DNA from: Pyrodictium delaneyi
GTDB lineage: Archaea; Thermoproteota; Thermoprotei_A; Sulfolobales; Pyrodictiaceae
Assembly: GCF_001412615.1 (NCBI RefSeq)
Contig: NZ_CP013011.1
Coordinates: 1,590,001-1,622,000 of the forward strand
Reading direction: 5' to 3'
Length of the DNA stretch: 32,000 nt
Position 1 is the stretch's first letter; every line of letters begins with the position of its first letter. The translations under genes were made by a program, and so were the position numbers. Below, in pieces: positions 1-8,931 of this stretch. The notes below the pieces were generated by a model. That model was given only the letters and a program-made list of their open reading frames with translations, was not told the DNA's origin and did no database searches.

Positions 1-2434
1 TGGTCTCATAGACTACCTTTACAGCCTCCTCTGGTACTTTGTAGCGGGCCGCGGCCTCTAGGAGTTTCTCACGGAAGGGACGCACCACTTCCAGGAATTC
101 GCCAACTGCTACGACACGGCGGTATACTAGGGCGAAATATGGCTCTATACCACTGCTAGTCCCAGCTATAATGCTTATCGTACCAGTGGGCGCCACGGTG
201 GTGGTGACTGTGTTCCGTGGAGCCTTTGCACCCAGTAGGCGTCCGTAGCTCTTTAACAGCTCCCACGCCGCCTGTGGCATCCATATCGCGAGTGCTAGCA
301 AGTGCCTGGGACTGTTAGCCGCCTTGACTGGATGCAGTTTCAGCGCCTCCCAGACATGACGTCTCTCTACACCAAATACCTCGCTAGCAACCCGCTCTAC
401 TACATACTCTGGCACCAGCTTCACCGCACCGTCGAGTTCTACCCGCTCTTTCGCAGCACCTGCGAGCTTCTCCCTAACATCATCGCTGATCTCTACCTTG
501 TGATAATGAAGCTTCAACCATCCATTCTCGAACCGGGCTACTTCACCAGCCTTCACGAGTGCTGGGGTATGCAGCTCTACCAGTTCTTCAGGCTCACCCT
601 TCTCTAGACACTTCATGCTTCTCCAGTCATACCTCTTACATTCGAACGCTGGGGCATGGCCGAGCTTGGCGCCTAGCTCCCAGCTACGCTTCCAGCTATA
701 GACCTCCAGAGCGGCCATAACTATCATGGTGAAAGCTACCGCTTCATCGCTGTCGTAGGGATAGCCGAGCCTCGCGAGCGCGTCAGCGAGGCCCATTACT
801 CCTAGGCCTATCTTCCTTGTCAGCTTGTTAGCAATATCCTGCCTGGGGTCGGGATGGTTGTTTAGATCAATCACGGCATCCATAGCGTCTATAACTACTT
901 GTACATCATGCATAAACTTGTCTATATCGAACCTCCCGCCCACGATGTACTTCTCGATACTCATGCTGCCGAGGTTACAGCTCTCAAACGGGTATAGTGG
1001 CTGCTCTCCACATGGGTTGGTAGCGTTCACTGCACCAAGCCATGGCGTGGGGCTCCACTTGTTGTGATTATCTATGAATATGAGTCCGGGGTCGCCGCCT
1101 GCCCAGGCATTCTCTACTATCTTCTCCCATATCTTGCGTGCCGGGTAGCGCCACGTATGGGGATTCTTCGTGTCTGGCTGTATCTCCCAGCCCGTGTACT
1201 TGGCTTGCTCTTTGAGGGCCGCTAGCGCCTTGGCCCGAGCCTCTTCTGCTACTTCCTCATAGATATTTAGGTATGGATTGTCTAGCAGCCAGGAATACTT
1301 CTCTACTAGCTTGCCTAGCCTACCACTACCAGTAGCCATAGATACACTGTAGTGAAGCCGATAGATACCTGTCTTGGAGTCGGCACTATATCTTGGATTT
1401 ATCATCCACCACTCCTTGTCCTCTAGCACAGCCTTCATGAAGGCGTCATTGGCGCCCACGCTTATGTTGAAGTTGGTTATGTTTACGTCCTGTAGGGGTG
1501 GCTCCTTGGCTTGTATGAAACCTGCATCTTCTACCGTGCTCCAGCCACCACGTGTTAGCCTCTCCAGCATCTCTTTTACCGCAGTGTCTACCTCGTATTC
1601 ACCATCCCTCTCTATGGCGTCTACTATCTCTTTGAGTTGGCGTAGCAGACTCTGGAGCTGAGGTGGTAATTTGTTCCAGAGTGCTGCCCAGGGGTCAAAG
1701 TCGGGATTGATTATGTCTGGATGCCAGACATGTAGAATACCCATGTTTGCGCCACGTCTCTTGCCACCCTGCTTCACCATCTCCGTAACGACATCGTATA
1801 TCTGAATGAAGCTTAATGGGCCGGAGGCATAGCCACTAGTACCCCTTACTATATCCCAACGAGGCCTTAGCTCGCTGAAGCTGAAGCCTTGGCCACCACC
1901 CCACTTGAAGGTCATAGCTTGAACCGTGGCTGCATCCATTATTGCACGCATGTCATCATAGACCGGGGTCACGTAGCAAGCCGAGAGAGTACCACGGGCA
2001 CCATCAGCGTACATGTTGAAGAGAGTAGGGGAGTTAAACATGAAACGGCGAGCTATGAGTAGCCGGTATAGCTCCTCGGGGTCTACGCGGCTTCGAAAGC
2101 CCAGTGCTACTCTTCTCATCACCATGCTAGGGGTTTCCATAAAGGCCCCATACTCGTTCCGGGTCATGTACCTGGCCATGAGAACACGTATAGCATTATA
2201 CGTGAAGCCCATATCGTCTCTGCATGGCTCGCTATCACGACTCTCAGCGTATGCTTTCACACAATCGGGTAACTCTGCTAGTTTGCCACCATTAGGGGCT
2301 GTCCTGCGATAACTCCTTACAACAATAGGATATATGTCACCTAACAGTAGTTGCTTTGCTTCCTCCTCAGCCTCCGGCCGGTATAGCGATTCCTTGATGA
2401 GTTCTAATTGCTGCTTGTCAGTATTGCCCGCCAC
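1..2434 (-). CDS. nrdJ: Class II (adenosylcobalamin-dependent) ribonucleotide reductase, N-terminal ~811 codons; the C-terminus lies beyond the window start
   Basis: Missing from the ORF track because it runs off the window edge. The minus-strand frame is open from 2485 down to position 1. My translation contains RNR hallmarks: FMFNSPTLFN, LSACYV, GGGQGFSFSELRPRWDIVRGTSGYASGPLSFIQIYD, KQGGKRRGANMGILHVWHPDI, NPCGEQPLYPFESCNLGS and TTVAPTGTISIIAGTSSGIEPYF. There is an in-frame stop at 2486-2488, and the only start-like codon before the conserved part is GTG at 2432-2434. The listed plus-strand ORFs 302-2312 are antisense shadows. Confidence 0.9.
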   Translation of the reverse strand, partial: MAGNTDKQQLELIKESLYRPEAEEEAKQLLLGDIYPIVVRSYRRTAPNGGKLAELPDCVKAYAESRDSEPCRDDMGFTYNAIRVLMARYMTRNEYGAFMETPSMVMRRVALGFRSRVDPEELYRLLIARRFMFNSPTLFNMYADGARGTLSACYVTPVYDDMRAIMDAATVQAMTFKWGGGQGFSFSELRPRWDIVRGTSGYASGPLSFIQIYDVVTEMVKQGGKRRGANMGILHVWHPDIINPDFDPWAALWNKLPPQLQSLLRQLKEIVDAIERDGEYEVDTAVKEMLERLTRGGWSTVEDAGFIQAKEPPLQDVNITNFNISVGANDAFMKAVLEDKEWWMINPRYSADSKTGIYRLHYSVSMATGSGRLGKLVEKYSWLLDNPYLNIYEEVAEEARAKALAALKEQAKYTGWEIQPDTKNPHTWRYPARKIWEKIVENAWAGGDPGLIFIDNHNKWSPTPWLGAVNATNPCGEQPLYPFESCNLGSMSIEKYIVGGRFDIDKFMHDVQVVIDAMDAVIDLNNHPDPRQDIANKLTRKIGLGVMGLADALARLGYPYDSDEAVAFTMIVMAALEVYSWKRSWELGAKLGHAPAFECKRYDWRSMKCLEKGEPEELVELHTPALVKAGEVARFENGWLKLHYHKVEISDDVREKLAGAAKERVELDGAVKLVPEYVVERVASEVFGVERRHVWEALKLHPVKAANSPRHLLALAIWMPQAAWELLKSYGRLLGAKAPRNTVTTTVAPTGTISIIAGTSSGIEPYFALVYRRVVAVGEFLEVVRPFREKLLEAAARYKVPEEAVKVVYET

Positions 2435-2658
2435 AATAGGGCACCCCGGTAGTACTTGTAGGAGGGGGTAGTGTAGCCCTGCCGACTATGAACCCGTGTA
2501 TTACCTCTTCCGCTCAACTGCAGCTGTTATGGTAGATTCTATACACGCGTAATATATGCTGAACAAAGCTAGGACATAACCTTAGTATCACTCGGTCTTA
2601 CCTATGTTTATCCGAGCCTGACAGGGAGACGTTGTCCTATACAAACTCTAGGTGACTG

Positions 2659-3150
2659 CTACATAACATACACTATTATCTTGTCATAGGGTTCTTCTTC
2701 GAAATACACCTTGCGCTTAGCCTGCATATAGAACATCACATCCTTGCTTGTCAACACGAAATAGTCGTAGAGAAAGCTAGCCGGGGTTATCACCGTGAGA
2801 TATCTCTCGAACTCTAAATCGGTGTAGACCACTTCAAAGTTTCCAACATAGTTCCTACCTACTATGTCCACCCGAGGTGCTTCTAGGGGCTTCAGCTCCT
2901 CCGCAAAGCCTATGAAGAGTGTTTTTCTGTTCCTATCCTCAACTTCTCTTTTGTAACTGTATTTGGCTTCTACTACTATGCTCCTAGGCTCGAAGAGCAG
3001 TTCGGCATTAGCAGCTCTAATTTCAAGAGCCTCGTTTGCAACACGTAGCTCTAGTGCTCCTTTACCCCATCGAACGTAGAAGCTCTCGCGCCTGCCCAAT
3101 GCCAGCCTCCCATCCACTATGCTCGTCCAGAGGATCCAAGCTAGCCTCAC
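2659..3150 (-). CDS. Hypothetical protein (163 aa), probably co-transcribed with the upstream KaiC-like ATPase
   Basis: The ORF lies 22 nt downstream of the ATPase gene on the same strand. Its composition is protein-like with mixed alpha/beta character (LELRVANEALEIRAANAELL, then IVVEAKYSYKREVEDRNRK...). I recognise no family. The E-x-K element is suggestive of, but insufficient for, a PD-(D/E)xK nuclease call. Confidence 0.55.
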   Translation of the reverse strand: MRLAWILWTSIVDGRLALGRRESFYVRWGKGALELRVANEALEIRAANAELLFEPRSIVVEAKYSYKREVEDRNRKTLFIGFAEELKPLEAPRVDIVGRNYVGNFEVVYTDLEFERYLTVITPASFLYDYFVLTSKDVMFYMQAKRKVYFEEEPYDKIIVYVM

Positions 3151-3172
3151 ACTAGTATAGTCTTAAGGCTTC

Positions 3173-4000
3173 CTAGCTCTCCTCTTCGCCGTTAGGTATC
3201 TCTAATAGCCTTTGTAGCTCGGCAGCCAGCATTCTTGCAGCAACAGAAGGAGGGAGAGCTGTATCCTCCTTGCGGTATACTGTGGGTGCTTTTACACGCA
3301 TTCCAGCTCCGTCTCTTATTTCTATTTCATGCATTCTAAGGCTGTGCTCTGTTTGTCTCATTTTCTCTATTATCACGTAGCGTCTTAGCTCGCCCCGAAC
3401 GACGGACTTTCTGAACCTTATTATGCCGTCTGCTACATGTTCTATGCCGAAACCAAAGCCTAGGCTCGTCGTGACAGCATACTGGCTTATAAGTAGTGCT
3501 GTAAAGTCCCAGCGGTATAGTACTCTCTTTACAAAGTAGCTATACTTCCTCGCCATAGCGGGCTTGTCAAGCCAAAAGGCTGACATCGAGTCTACCACAA
3601 GGCGGGCACGACCGTAGCCTAGATACCTTTTGGCCTCTATGACTTTGTTTACCAAAGTCTCTACATCAAGCTCGGCAATGCTCCATGGGTCATCACGTTT
3701 ACCCATGAGCGCATCTATTATAACTAGCTTTCCATCACGGATAGCCTTCTCGAAGTCAAAACCAAACATAGCTGCTTGTTTTATTATGCTTTCCTTTGAT
3801 TCCTCAGTTGTCACATAGATATTTTTATCTCCCTGTCTAATACCCTCAGCAATAAAGTGTATTGAGAATATCGTCTTTCCGGTACCAGGCTCTCCAACAA
3901 CAGCTACAAAGAATCCCCGCGGTATACCTCCTTGTATAAGCTTGTCAAAACCAGGTACGCCCGTGGGCAACCGCTCTATCTCAATCTTCAAGGTTATCAC
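3173..4000 (-). CDS. KaiC/RadA-like (RecA-superfamily) ATPase, single-domain archaeal paralog
   Basis: Walker A is GEPGTGKT, preceded by PTGVPGFDKLIQGGIPRG, the typical KaiC/RadA-paralog N-terminus. Walker B-like is RLVVDSMSAF. The 275-aa length fits archaeal RadC/KaiC-like proteins. Confidence 0.85.
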   Translation of the reverse strand: MITLKIEIERLPTGVPGFDKLIQGGIPRGFFVAVVGEPGTGKTIFSIHFIAEGIRQGDKNIYVTTEESKESIIKQAAMFGFDFEKAIRDGKLVIIDALMGKRDDPWSIAELDVETLVNKVIEAKRYLGYGRARLVVDSMSAFWLDKPAMARKYSYFVKRVLYRWDFTALLISQYAVTTSLGFGFGIEHVADGIIRFRKSVVRGELRRYVIIEKMRQTEHSLRMHEIEIRDGAGMRVKAPTVYRKEDTALPPSVAARMLAAELQRLLEIPNGEEES

Positions 4001-4111
4001 ATGCCACCTCTAGACGCTCTAGACTATGACATTGACATATAATTCTCAAAAGAGCCCAATGGAAGCTGGTCCACTCCCCTCGTTAGCTACTCACTGCGCG
4101 GCTAATCTGCA

Positions 4112-4561
4112 CTACTCTCCGGCATAAAACCGAACATCGTTCCTATAGTACGAGCAGTATCCTGTCGCTGTACACGCCTCAACGAAGACTAGCTGCAAGT
4201 CATGACTAGTGCTGGCTAGTTTTGATAGCTTAGAGTCTAGACATTTGTACACTTCACGTACTAGCAGCTCCGCTGTAGCATCCTTGACGCCTAAGACTTC
4301 ATTTAAGTAGACATGATCAAGACTCCTCACACACTCGCCCAAAAACCTCTCGAGTACATAATGGTCTATGACAGTGTTGTCGGCACCCAACGGACCCTCG
4401 ACGCAAACACGCACTCTATAGTCGTGCCCATGAAGCGCGGCTGCCGAGCCACCGAGGCTCTCGACACGGAGTGCAGCCGAGATCCAGACCGATACACAGA
4501 CGCCGAACGGCATCATGCATCCCTTTCCTCCCTTGTCACTATGCCCCCGCCCTGAAGCCAC
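4112..4561 (-). CDS. 6-pyruvoyl-tetrahydropterin synthase / QueD-family (6-carboxytetrahydropterin synthase-like) protein
   Basis: LHGHDYRVRV matches the PTPS/QueD HGH-x-Y motif, and LDHVYLNE plus ATAELLV match the family's LDH..LN and pT.E.la motifs. The real start is probably the ATG-ATG at 4516/4513 (MMPFGV...), because the first 15 codons (MASGRGHSDKGGKGC) are low complexity. Confidence 0.75.
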   Translation of the reverse strand: MASGRGHSDKGGKGCMMPFGVCVSVWISAALRVESLGGSAAALHGHDYRVRVCVEGPLGADNTVIDHYVLERFLGECVRSLDHVYLNEVLGVKDATAELLVREVYKCLDSKLSKLASTSHDLQLVFVEACTATGYCSYYRNDVRFYAGE

Positions 4562-4661
4562 TACGGGGCTGCATTGTTCCTCCAGGCCTTGTTGTGACGT
4601 GGGGCGAGTCTCTTAGCTGCTCGCCCTACCATGTAGTAGAACCAAGCCTTAAGGGGTCGGT

Positions 4662-5153
4662 ATGGCGCTTCCTGGAATATATGCCGCTGCATCGCTACTA
4701 ACCAGCATAGTCCCTGACCAGATACAACCTGCAGGTATAGATCTACGTATAGGAGAGATACATGTTTTTCAAGAGCATGGATTCCTAGGTGTTAGGGGAC
4801 GCAAGATACCTACCTCGAAGCCCTTAGAGCCGGAGGGCGACAAGTGGCTGCTCAAGCCAGGCTACTACAAGATAGTCTTTATGGATGCTATTGCTATACC
4901 TAGTAATGCTGTAGGGATGTGTTTTCCCCGTAGCAGTCTTCTACGTATGGGAGTTATGCTGGGTTGCGCTGTATGGGATCCCGGCTATCGCGGCAGAGGA
5001 GAAGCACTGCTAATAGTCGGGAATCCCCATGGAGTAGAGATAGAAGTTGGCGCTAGGGTAGCACAGCTAGTGTTTATACGGGTTTACCCACAGCTTGGTG
5101 AGAGATATAGCGGTATCTATCAGGGTGAGAGACTAGCGGGAGAGAAGATCTAA
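4662..5153 (+). CDS. dut: dUTP diphosphatase (archaeal dCTP deaminase/dUTPase family)
   Basis: The 163-aa product carries IQPAGIDLRIGE, PRSSLLRMGV, DPGYRGRGEALL and ARVAQLVF, which are typical of the trimeric dCD/DUT family. Its short length fits the dUTPase form. Confidence 0.85.
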   Translation: MALPGIYAAASLLTSIVPDQIQPAGIDLRIGEIHVFQEHGFLGVRGRKIPTSKPLEPEGDKWLLKPGYYKIVFMDAIAIPSNAVGMCFPRSSLLRMGVMLGCAVWDPGYRGRGEALLIVGNPHGVEIEVGARVAQLVFIRVYPQLGERYSGIYQGERLAGEKI

Positions 5154-7259
5154 CACCGTCTCAAAGAATTTCCGTTCACTGCTCTTCTTGGACTTTTTCA
5201 GCAGCTTGGTTACAATCAGCTCGGGTGTCGATCGTGCAAGGTAGTTGTAGCGTGGGCTCCGGTCCACTATAAGGTTGTAGTTCTCGTCTAACCCCTTGGC
5301 CTCTATACCGTCTATCCTTACTTGCCCGCGGATAGCTGGAGGCAGCGCTTCGACAACTTCCTCGGCCAGGTGACTAACTATAACCGCCACCGAGTCCTTG
5401 CTCCTAGCTATAGATGCTGCTATCGCCGCTACTATGCGTGCAGCAGCATGTGCTTCTGTAATCGCCTCTAGCTCGTCTACTAGGAGTAGTATGCGCTTCC
5501 TCTGCGCCTCTTCCACTATAGCTGCCAGCTTCCGTAGCGTCTCCTCTAGGCCTCCGGCGTCCAGCATGCCAGTCGGCTTAGAGATGTAGTAGACCTTGTC
5601 AAAGCCGCCTACCCAGGCCCTGGACGCTGGAACCGGGAGCCCGGCCTGGCTTGCGAGCACTATTTCGCCTATGGTCTTCAACAATGTTGTTTTGCCGCCA
5701 CTATTGGCGCCGGTGAGTAGTATGACTCTCTCACACTGTGTACCTTCCGGCCTATAGGGGGTACATCCAGCCACGTAGCTTACGCGCTGAACCCTAACAC
5801 CTGCTGACAAAAGATTGGCCTCGACAGCCTCTATGAAGCCTACTCCGCTAAAGCTACGGCTAACCTCCGCTATGCAACCACGCTTCTCCACTATGAAGCG
5901 GTGGGCCGCTTGTGCTACATCGAGCCAAGCTAGTATCTCGGCAGCCGATGGTAGAAGTTCAACGAGCTGGCTAAGCCGGGCAGCATATTTTCTCGCGAAG
6001 AGGTAGAGGCTGAGGCCAATCTTCTGCTCTAGGTGTTGGCGCAACTTCTCAATAGGTTCTCGGCGCACTTCTATGGGGAACTGCGGCTTGGGCTCTACGA
6101 CTCCTCTTATGAACTCTCGCTCCTCGGGTTTTAGTCCCAGCATTTCTGCAAGCCTGTTCTCCGCTTCTATGCTCACCTCTTCGAATATCTCGACTAGCTC
6201 GTCTGGGATACGGAAGTAGCCCTCCTCGAGTGCTTGTATTAGGCGCAGGAGTTCTGCGGCGCTTAGTCGTAGCTCGCGTTCCTCGAGGCGGCGTTTAGCC
6301 TCCTCGTTTATCCAGACTTCGAGGTCAGACACTGCAGGTTCTAGGTTCTTTAGGACGAATGAGGCATACTTGTATTCTGGGTCTATCTCGCCCAGCTCGA
6401 GGCGTCTAAGCACCTCTAGGGCTTCCCGGGCCAATGCCACGATCTCGTCCACTATTCCTGGCTGCTTGCCCAAAGCCTCTGCAACACTTACGAGCAGACC
6501 AGGGTTCATCTCATAGATGTTTATAAACGCTTCTATGACTCCCTTGTTCTGCCTAAGGGTCTCGATTACAAGCTCCGGGGCAACAGTGTACATGTCTAGC
6601 TTGTCTATCCCGACTACACCTGGTTTATCAGGCACGTCAACTCTATAAGCTAGAATTATAGCTGAGCTATGCACATCCACATCGTCTAGCGAGTTAGCCT
6701 CTATGATTGTGAGCCCCTCCACCCTGTTGCCAAGCTTGTCCCGGAGCTTCTCGGCGTAGTCCCTTGGGGCTACTACTACACGGTTTACCTTGACTCTCGG
6801 CTTCCGTGGCCACGTTATACGGGAAAGATTCCCGTACAGCCTGGGCCATGTAATCCTGGCTGTGGCTGTTGCATCTACTAGCCTCTTCATTCTGCGCGAC
6901 ACAGCCTCTACTTCTGCCTCGAAGCGGCCAGGGACTGGCGCCAAAGTTGCAACTAGGTCTTTACCCGGCTCCGATACAACACTCTCGATAAACAGCTTTG
7001 TCACAGCCTCAAAGAGCCCGGCTGTGTCCGGAGAGCCTATCACCTCGCCGGGGTCGTACCCTGCTAGTGCTCCGCGAGCTAGTCGCACCAGCCTTACAGC
7101 TCTACGGGTCGATGACAAGGCTTCAGCTATGCTTGCTACCTGTCCCTGCAGCAGTGCTCTTAGCGCCTCCTCCTCGGAGCCAAAGTAGCCTACAAGTTTC
7201 TCGTAGACACGCTCGCCTACACCTGGTATGCCGCGCAGCCGGAGCTGCGTCCTACCCAT
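5133..7259 (-). CDS. MutS-family ATPase without a mismatch-binding or Smr domain (archaeal MutS5/MutS2-like), N-terminal helix-hairpin-helix
   Basis: The C-terminal ABC ATPase has Walker A LLTGANSGGKTTLLK, Walker B ILLLVDELEAITE and a MutS-like SH motif (VIVSHLAEE). The N-terminus LRGIPGVGERVYEKLVGYFGSEEEA is HhH-like. The long middle region is helical and E/R/L-rich. Its 3' end overlaps the dut 3' end by 21 nt (convergent). Confidence 0.85.
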   Translation of the reverse strand: MGRTQLRLRGIPGVGERVYEKLVGYFGSEEEALRALLQGQVASIAEALSSTRRAVRLVRLARGALAGYDPGEVIGSPDTAGLFEAVTKLFIESVVSEPGKDLVATLAPVPGRFEAEVEAVSRRMKRLVDATATARITWPRLYGNLSRITWPRKPRVKVNRVVVAPRDYAEKLRDKLGNRVEGLTIIEANSLDDVDVHSSAIILAYRVDVPDKPGVVGIDKLDMYTVAPELVIETLRQNKGVIEAFINIYEMNPGLLVSVAEALGKQPGIVDEIVALAREALEVLRRLELGEIDPEYKYASFVLKNLEPAVSDLEVWINEEAKRRLEERELRLSAAELLRLIQALEEGYFRIPDELVEIFEEVSIEAENRLAEMLGLKPEEREFIRGVVEPKPQFPIEVRREPIEKLRQHLEQKIGLSLYLFARKYAARLSQLVELLPSAAEILAWLDVAQAAHRFIVEKRGCIAEVSRSFSGVGFIEAVEANLLSAGVRVQRVSYVAGCTPYRPEGTQCERVILLTGANSGGKTTLLKTIGEIVLASQAGLPVPASRAWVGGFDKVYYISKPTGMLDAGGLEETLRKLAAIVEEAQRKRILLLVDELEAITEAHAAARIVAAIAASIARSKDSVAVIVSHLAEEVVEALPPAIRGQVRIDGIEAKGLDENYNLIVDRSPRYNYLARSTPELIVTKLLKKSKKSSERKFFETVLDLLSR

Positions 7260-7412
7260 TGTCCGGCGTCTCCTCCCTAGAGACTACATAGCCCCATACC
7301 TGTGAGCACAGCCCTATAGCCAGCCTACCAACTTCTCCCGGGGTCTTCTACAAAGCTGGTAGGAGCTTGCCCTAATGGTGTTAGTCTAGACACCGTTTTT
7401 ATAGCTGGGTAG

Positions 7413-7973
7413 ATGTCGAAGCGGCCGGGTGAGATAGTGGTGGCGCTTGAGCGTCTAGATGAAGTTGCCAGAAGTCTCGAGGCCATCGCTAATAGGATAA
7501 GAGAGAGTGTAGGACCTGCCGAGAGCCTGCTCGAGAGTCGAGCCAACACTGCTATATATACAGTGTCCGAGACTCTCGACGAGATATCTGCTGCGCTGCG
7601 CAGACTACGCTGCATAGCAGAGGCTAAGGGCACCGAAGGCAAGGTGCTAACAATATGCACAACATGGCGTGTACTAGAACACGACGGTGGTCTGATAGCT
7701 ATCAGAGTAAAGCCCGAGACCGTTATCTCGTTCCGTGATGGCAAGCTGGTATTCCACCGCGGCAACGTGCGTATGGAGGTTGAGGGCCGCAGAGTCAAGC
7801 TCTGCAAGTGGAGCTACTGCAAAGAAATTGACCCGACGAACCGTAAACAAGTAATGGAGGAGCTACCACAGATATTCTACCTGCTGAGAGGCGTAGCAAA
7901 CGCCGTGCACAAGACCTTCGAAGCAACAAATCTCTGTGCCAGGAGGGAGGCACCAGACTGCACCAGGATCTAG
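7413..7973 (+). CDS. Hypothetical protein (186 aa)
   Basis: The composition is protein-like, with an N-terminal helical part, a beta-rich middle and a C-terminal LLRGVANAVHKTF. The opposing ORF 7325-7807 is S/R/L-rich shadow. A TATA-like tttttatag lies at 7396-7404, only ~13 nt before the ATG, so the true start could be the in-frame GTG at 7437. Confidence 0.6.
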   Translation: MSKRPGEIVVALERLDEVARSLEAIANRIRESVGPAESLLESRANTAIYTVSETLDEISAALRRLRCIAEAKGTEGKVLTICTTWRVLEHDGGLIAIRVKPETVISFRDGKLVFHRGNVRMEVEGRRVKLCKWSYCKEIDPTNRKQVMEELPQIFYLLRGVANAVHKTFEATNLCARREAPDCTRI

Positions 7974-8080
7974 CCCCAGTAGAGGGCTGGATTGCATACA
8001 CAAAACACACTATAGGATTTGTAAAGGGATGTTTCCAGCCACTCCCACTACTATTCTTCATACCCCGCGTCATCAAAGGC

Positions 8081-8857
8081 TTGAAGAACTGGAATTCCTA
8101 CATAAGCGCCAACGCTATCAGCATAGACGACGCTATCGTGCTGCGTAACGAGCCATGCCTTTACAAGAGGAAGGTATCACTACTAGCGCCGGATAAGGCT
8201 AGGCTTGAGTCCCCGCTGACAGCTGCAACAAAGCTAAAGAGCTGTAACATGCCTCTATGTAGACGCGCTCTAGAACTGGTAGAACTGATAGAGGGCGTCA
8301 CCGAGCTTGTAGGTGTTACGGGAGGCCTAGCCTATAACCCAACTAATGCCAGCGATATAGATATAGTAGTCTATGGAAGCCGTTTAGATGAGGTTTACCG
8401 ACTGCTTGTAGACCTACGCCAAGACGGTGTAACCACTCCCTACAGAGGACACGGGCACGGCTGGAATAGAGCTGATATCGCCCTCCATAAAACAATTGGT
8501 GAACAGAGAGTTCTCTTCGGCTACATAGGTGGTTCCGAGTACAACGTTAAACTGGTGCCTTGCACACGACCGGAACGCTGTATGCCTGTAAGACTGCTTA
8601 TAGAGAATCTTACTATTAGCGGCATTCTAGAGCATGTATCACCGTATACTATCCCAGCTGTATACCGGCTCATGCTAAGAGAGCCACTTAGGCTCAATGG
8701 TGCTAACTATTCATGGATATATGTGCTGAGCTATAGGCTCCGCTACACAGAGCTGCCATCCGGCATGAAGGCTGAAGTCAAAGGTGTCCTCGAGGAATCC
8801 GAGGGAATTATCAGGATAGTGCCGGATCACGGTGGATACGTAAAACCCTTGTACTAG
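8081..8857 (+). CDS. Pol-beta-superfamily nucleotidyltransferase domain protein with an extra C-terminal domain
   Basis: GVTGGLAYNPTNASDIDIVVYGS matches the G[SG]-x(9-13)-D-x-D minimal nucleotidyltransferase signature. The track start is TTG at 8081. The first ATG is at about 8247 (MPLCRRALELV...) and may be the real start. Confidence 0.65.
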   Translation: MKNWNSYISANAISIDDAIVLRNEPCLYKRKVSLLAPDKARLESPLTAATKLKSCNMPLCRRALELVELIEGVTELVGVTGGLAYNPTNASDIDIVVYGSRLDEVYRLLVDLRQDGVTTPYRGHGHGWNRADIALHKTIGEQRVLFGYIGGSEYNVKLVPCTRPERCMPVRLLIENLTISGILEHVSPYTIPAVYRLMLREPLRLNGANYSWIYVLSYRLRYTELPSGMKAEVKGVLEESEGIIRIVPDHGGYVKPLY

Positions 8858-8931
8858 CCCTTAACACCGCGTAGACCTCGGCAAAGCAGCCCACCCTTTC
8901 TCATGAAACTCCGTGCCAGAGGTGCTCTCAG

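Noticed and set aside
302-2312. Four plus-strand ORFs (302-607, 825-1067, 1374-1661, 2013-2312) from the track
   Set aside because: They lie antisense to the clearly recognisable class II RNR reading frame. Their translations are S/L/T-rich and low complexity, so they are shadow ORFs.
5133-5153. 21-nt convergent overlap of the dut and MutS-like gene 3' ends (and the 28-nt folE/SPOUT overlap at 17271-17298) as a regulatory feature
   Set aside because: Short convergent 3' overlaps are common in compact archaeal genomes, and nothing further distinguishes these.
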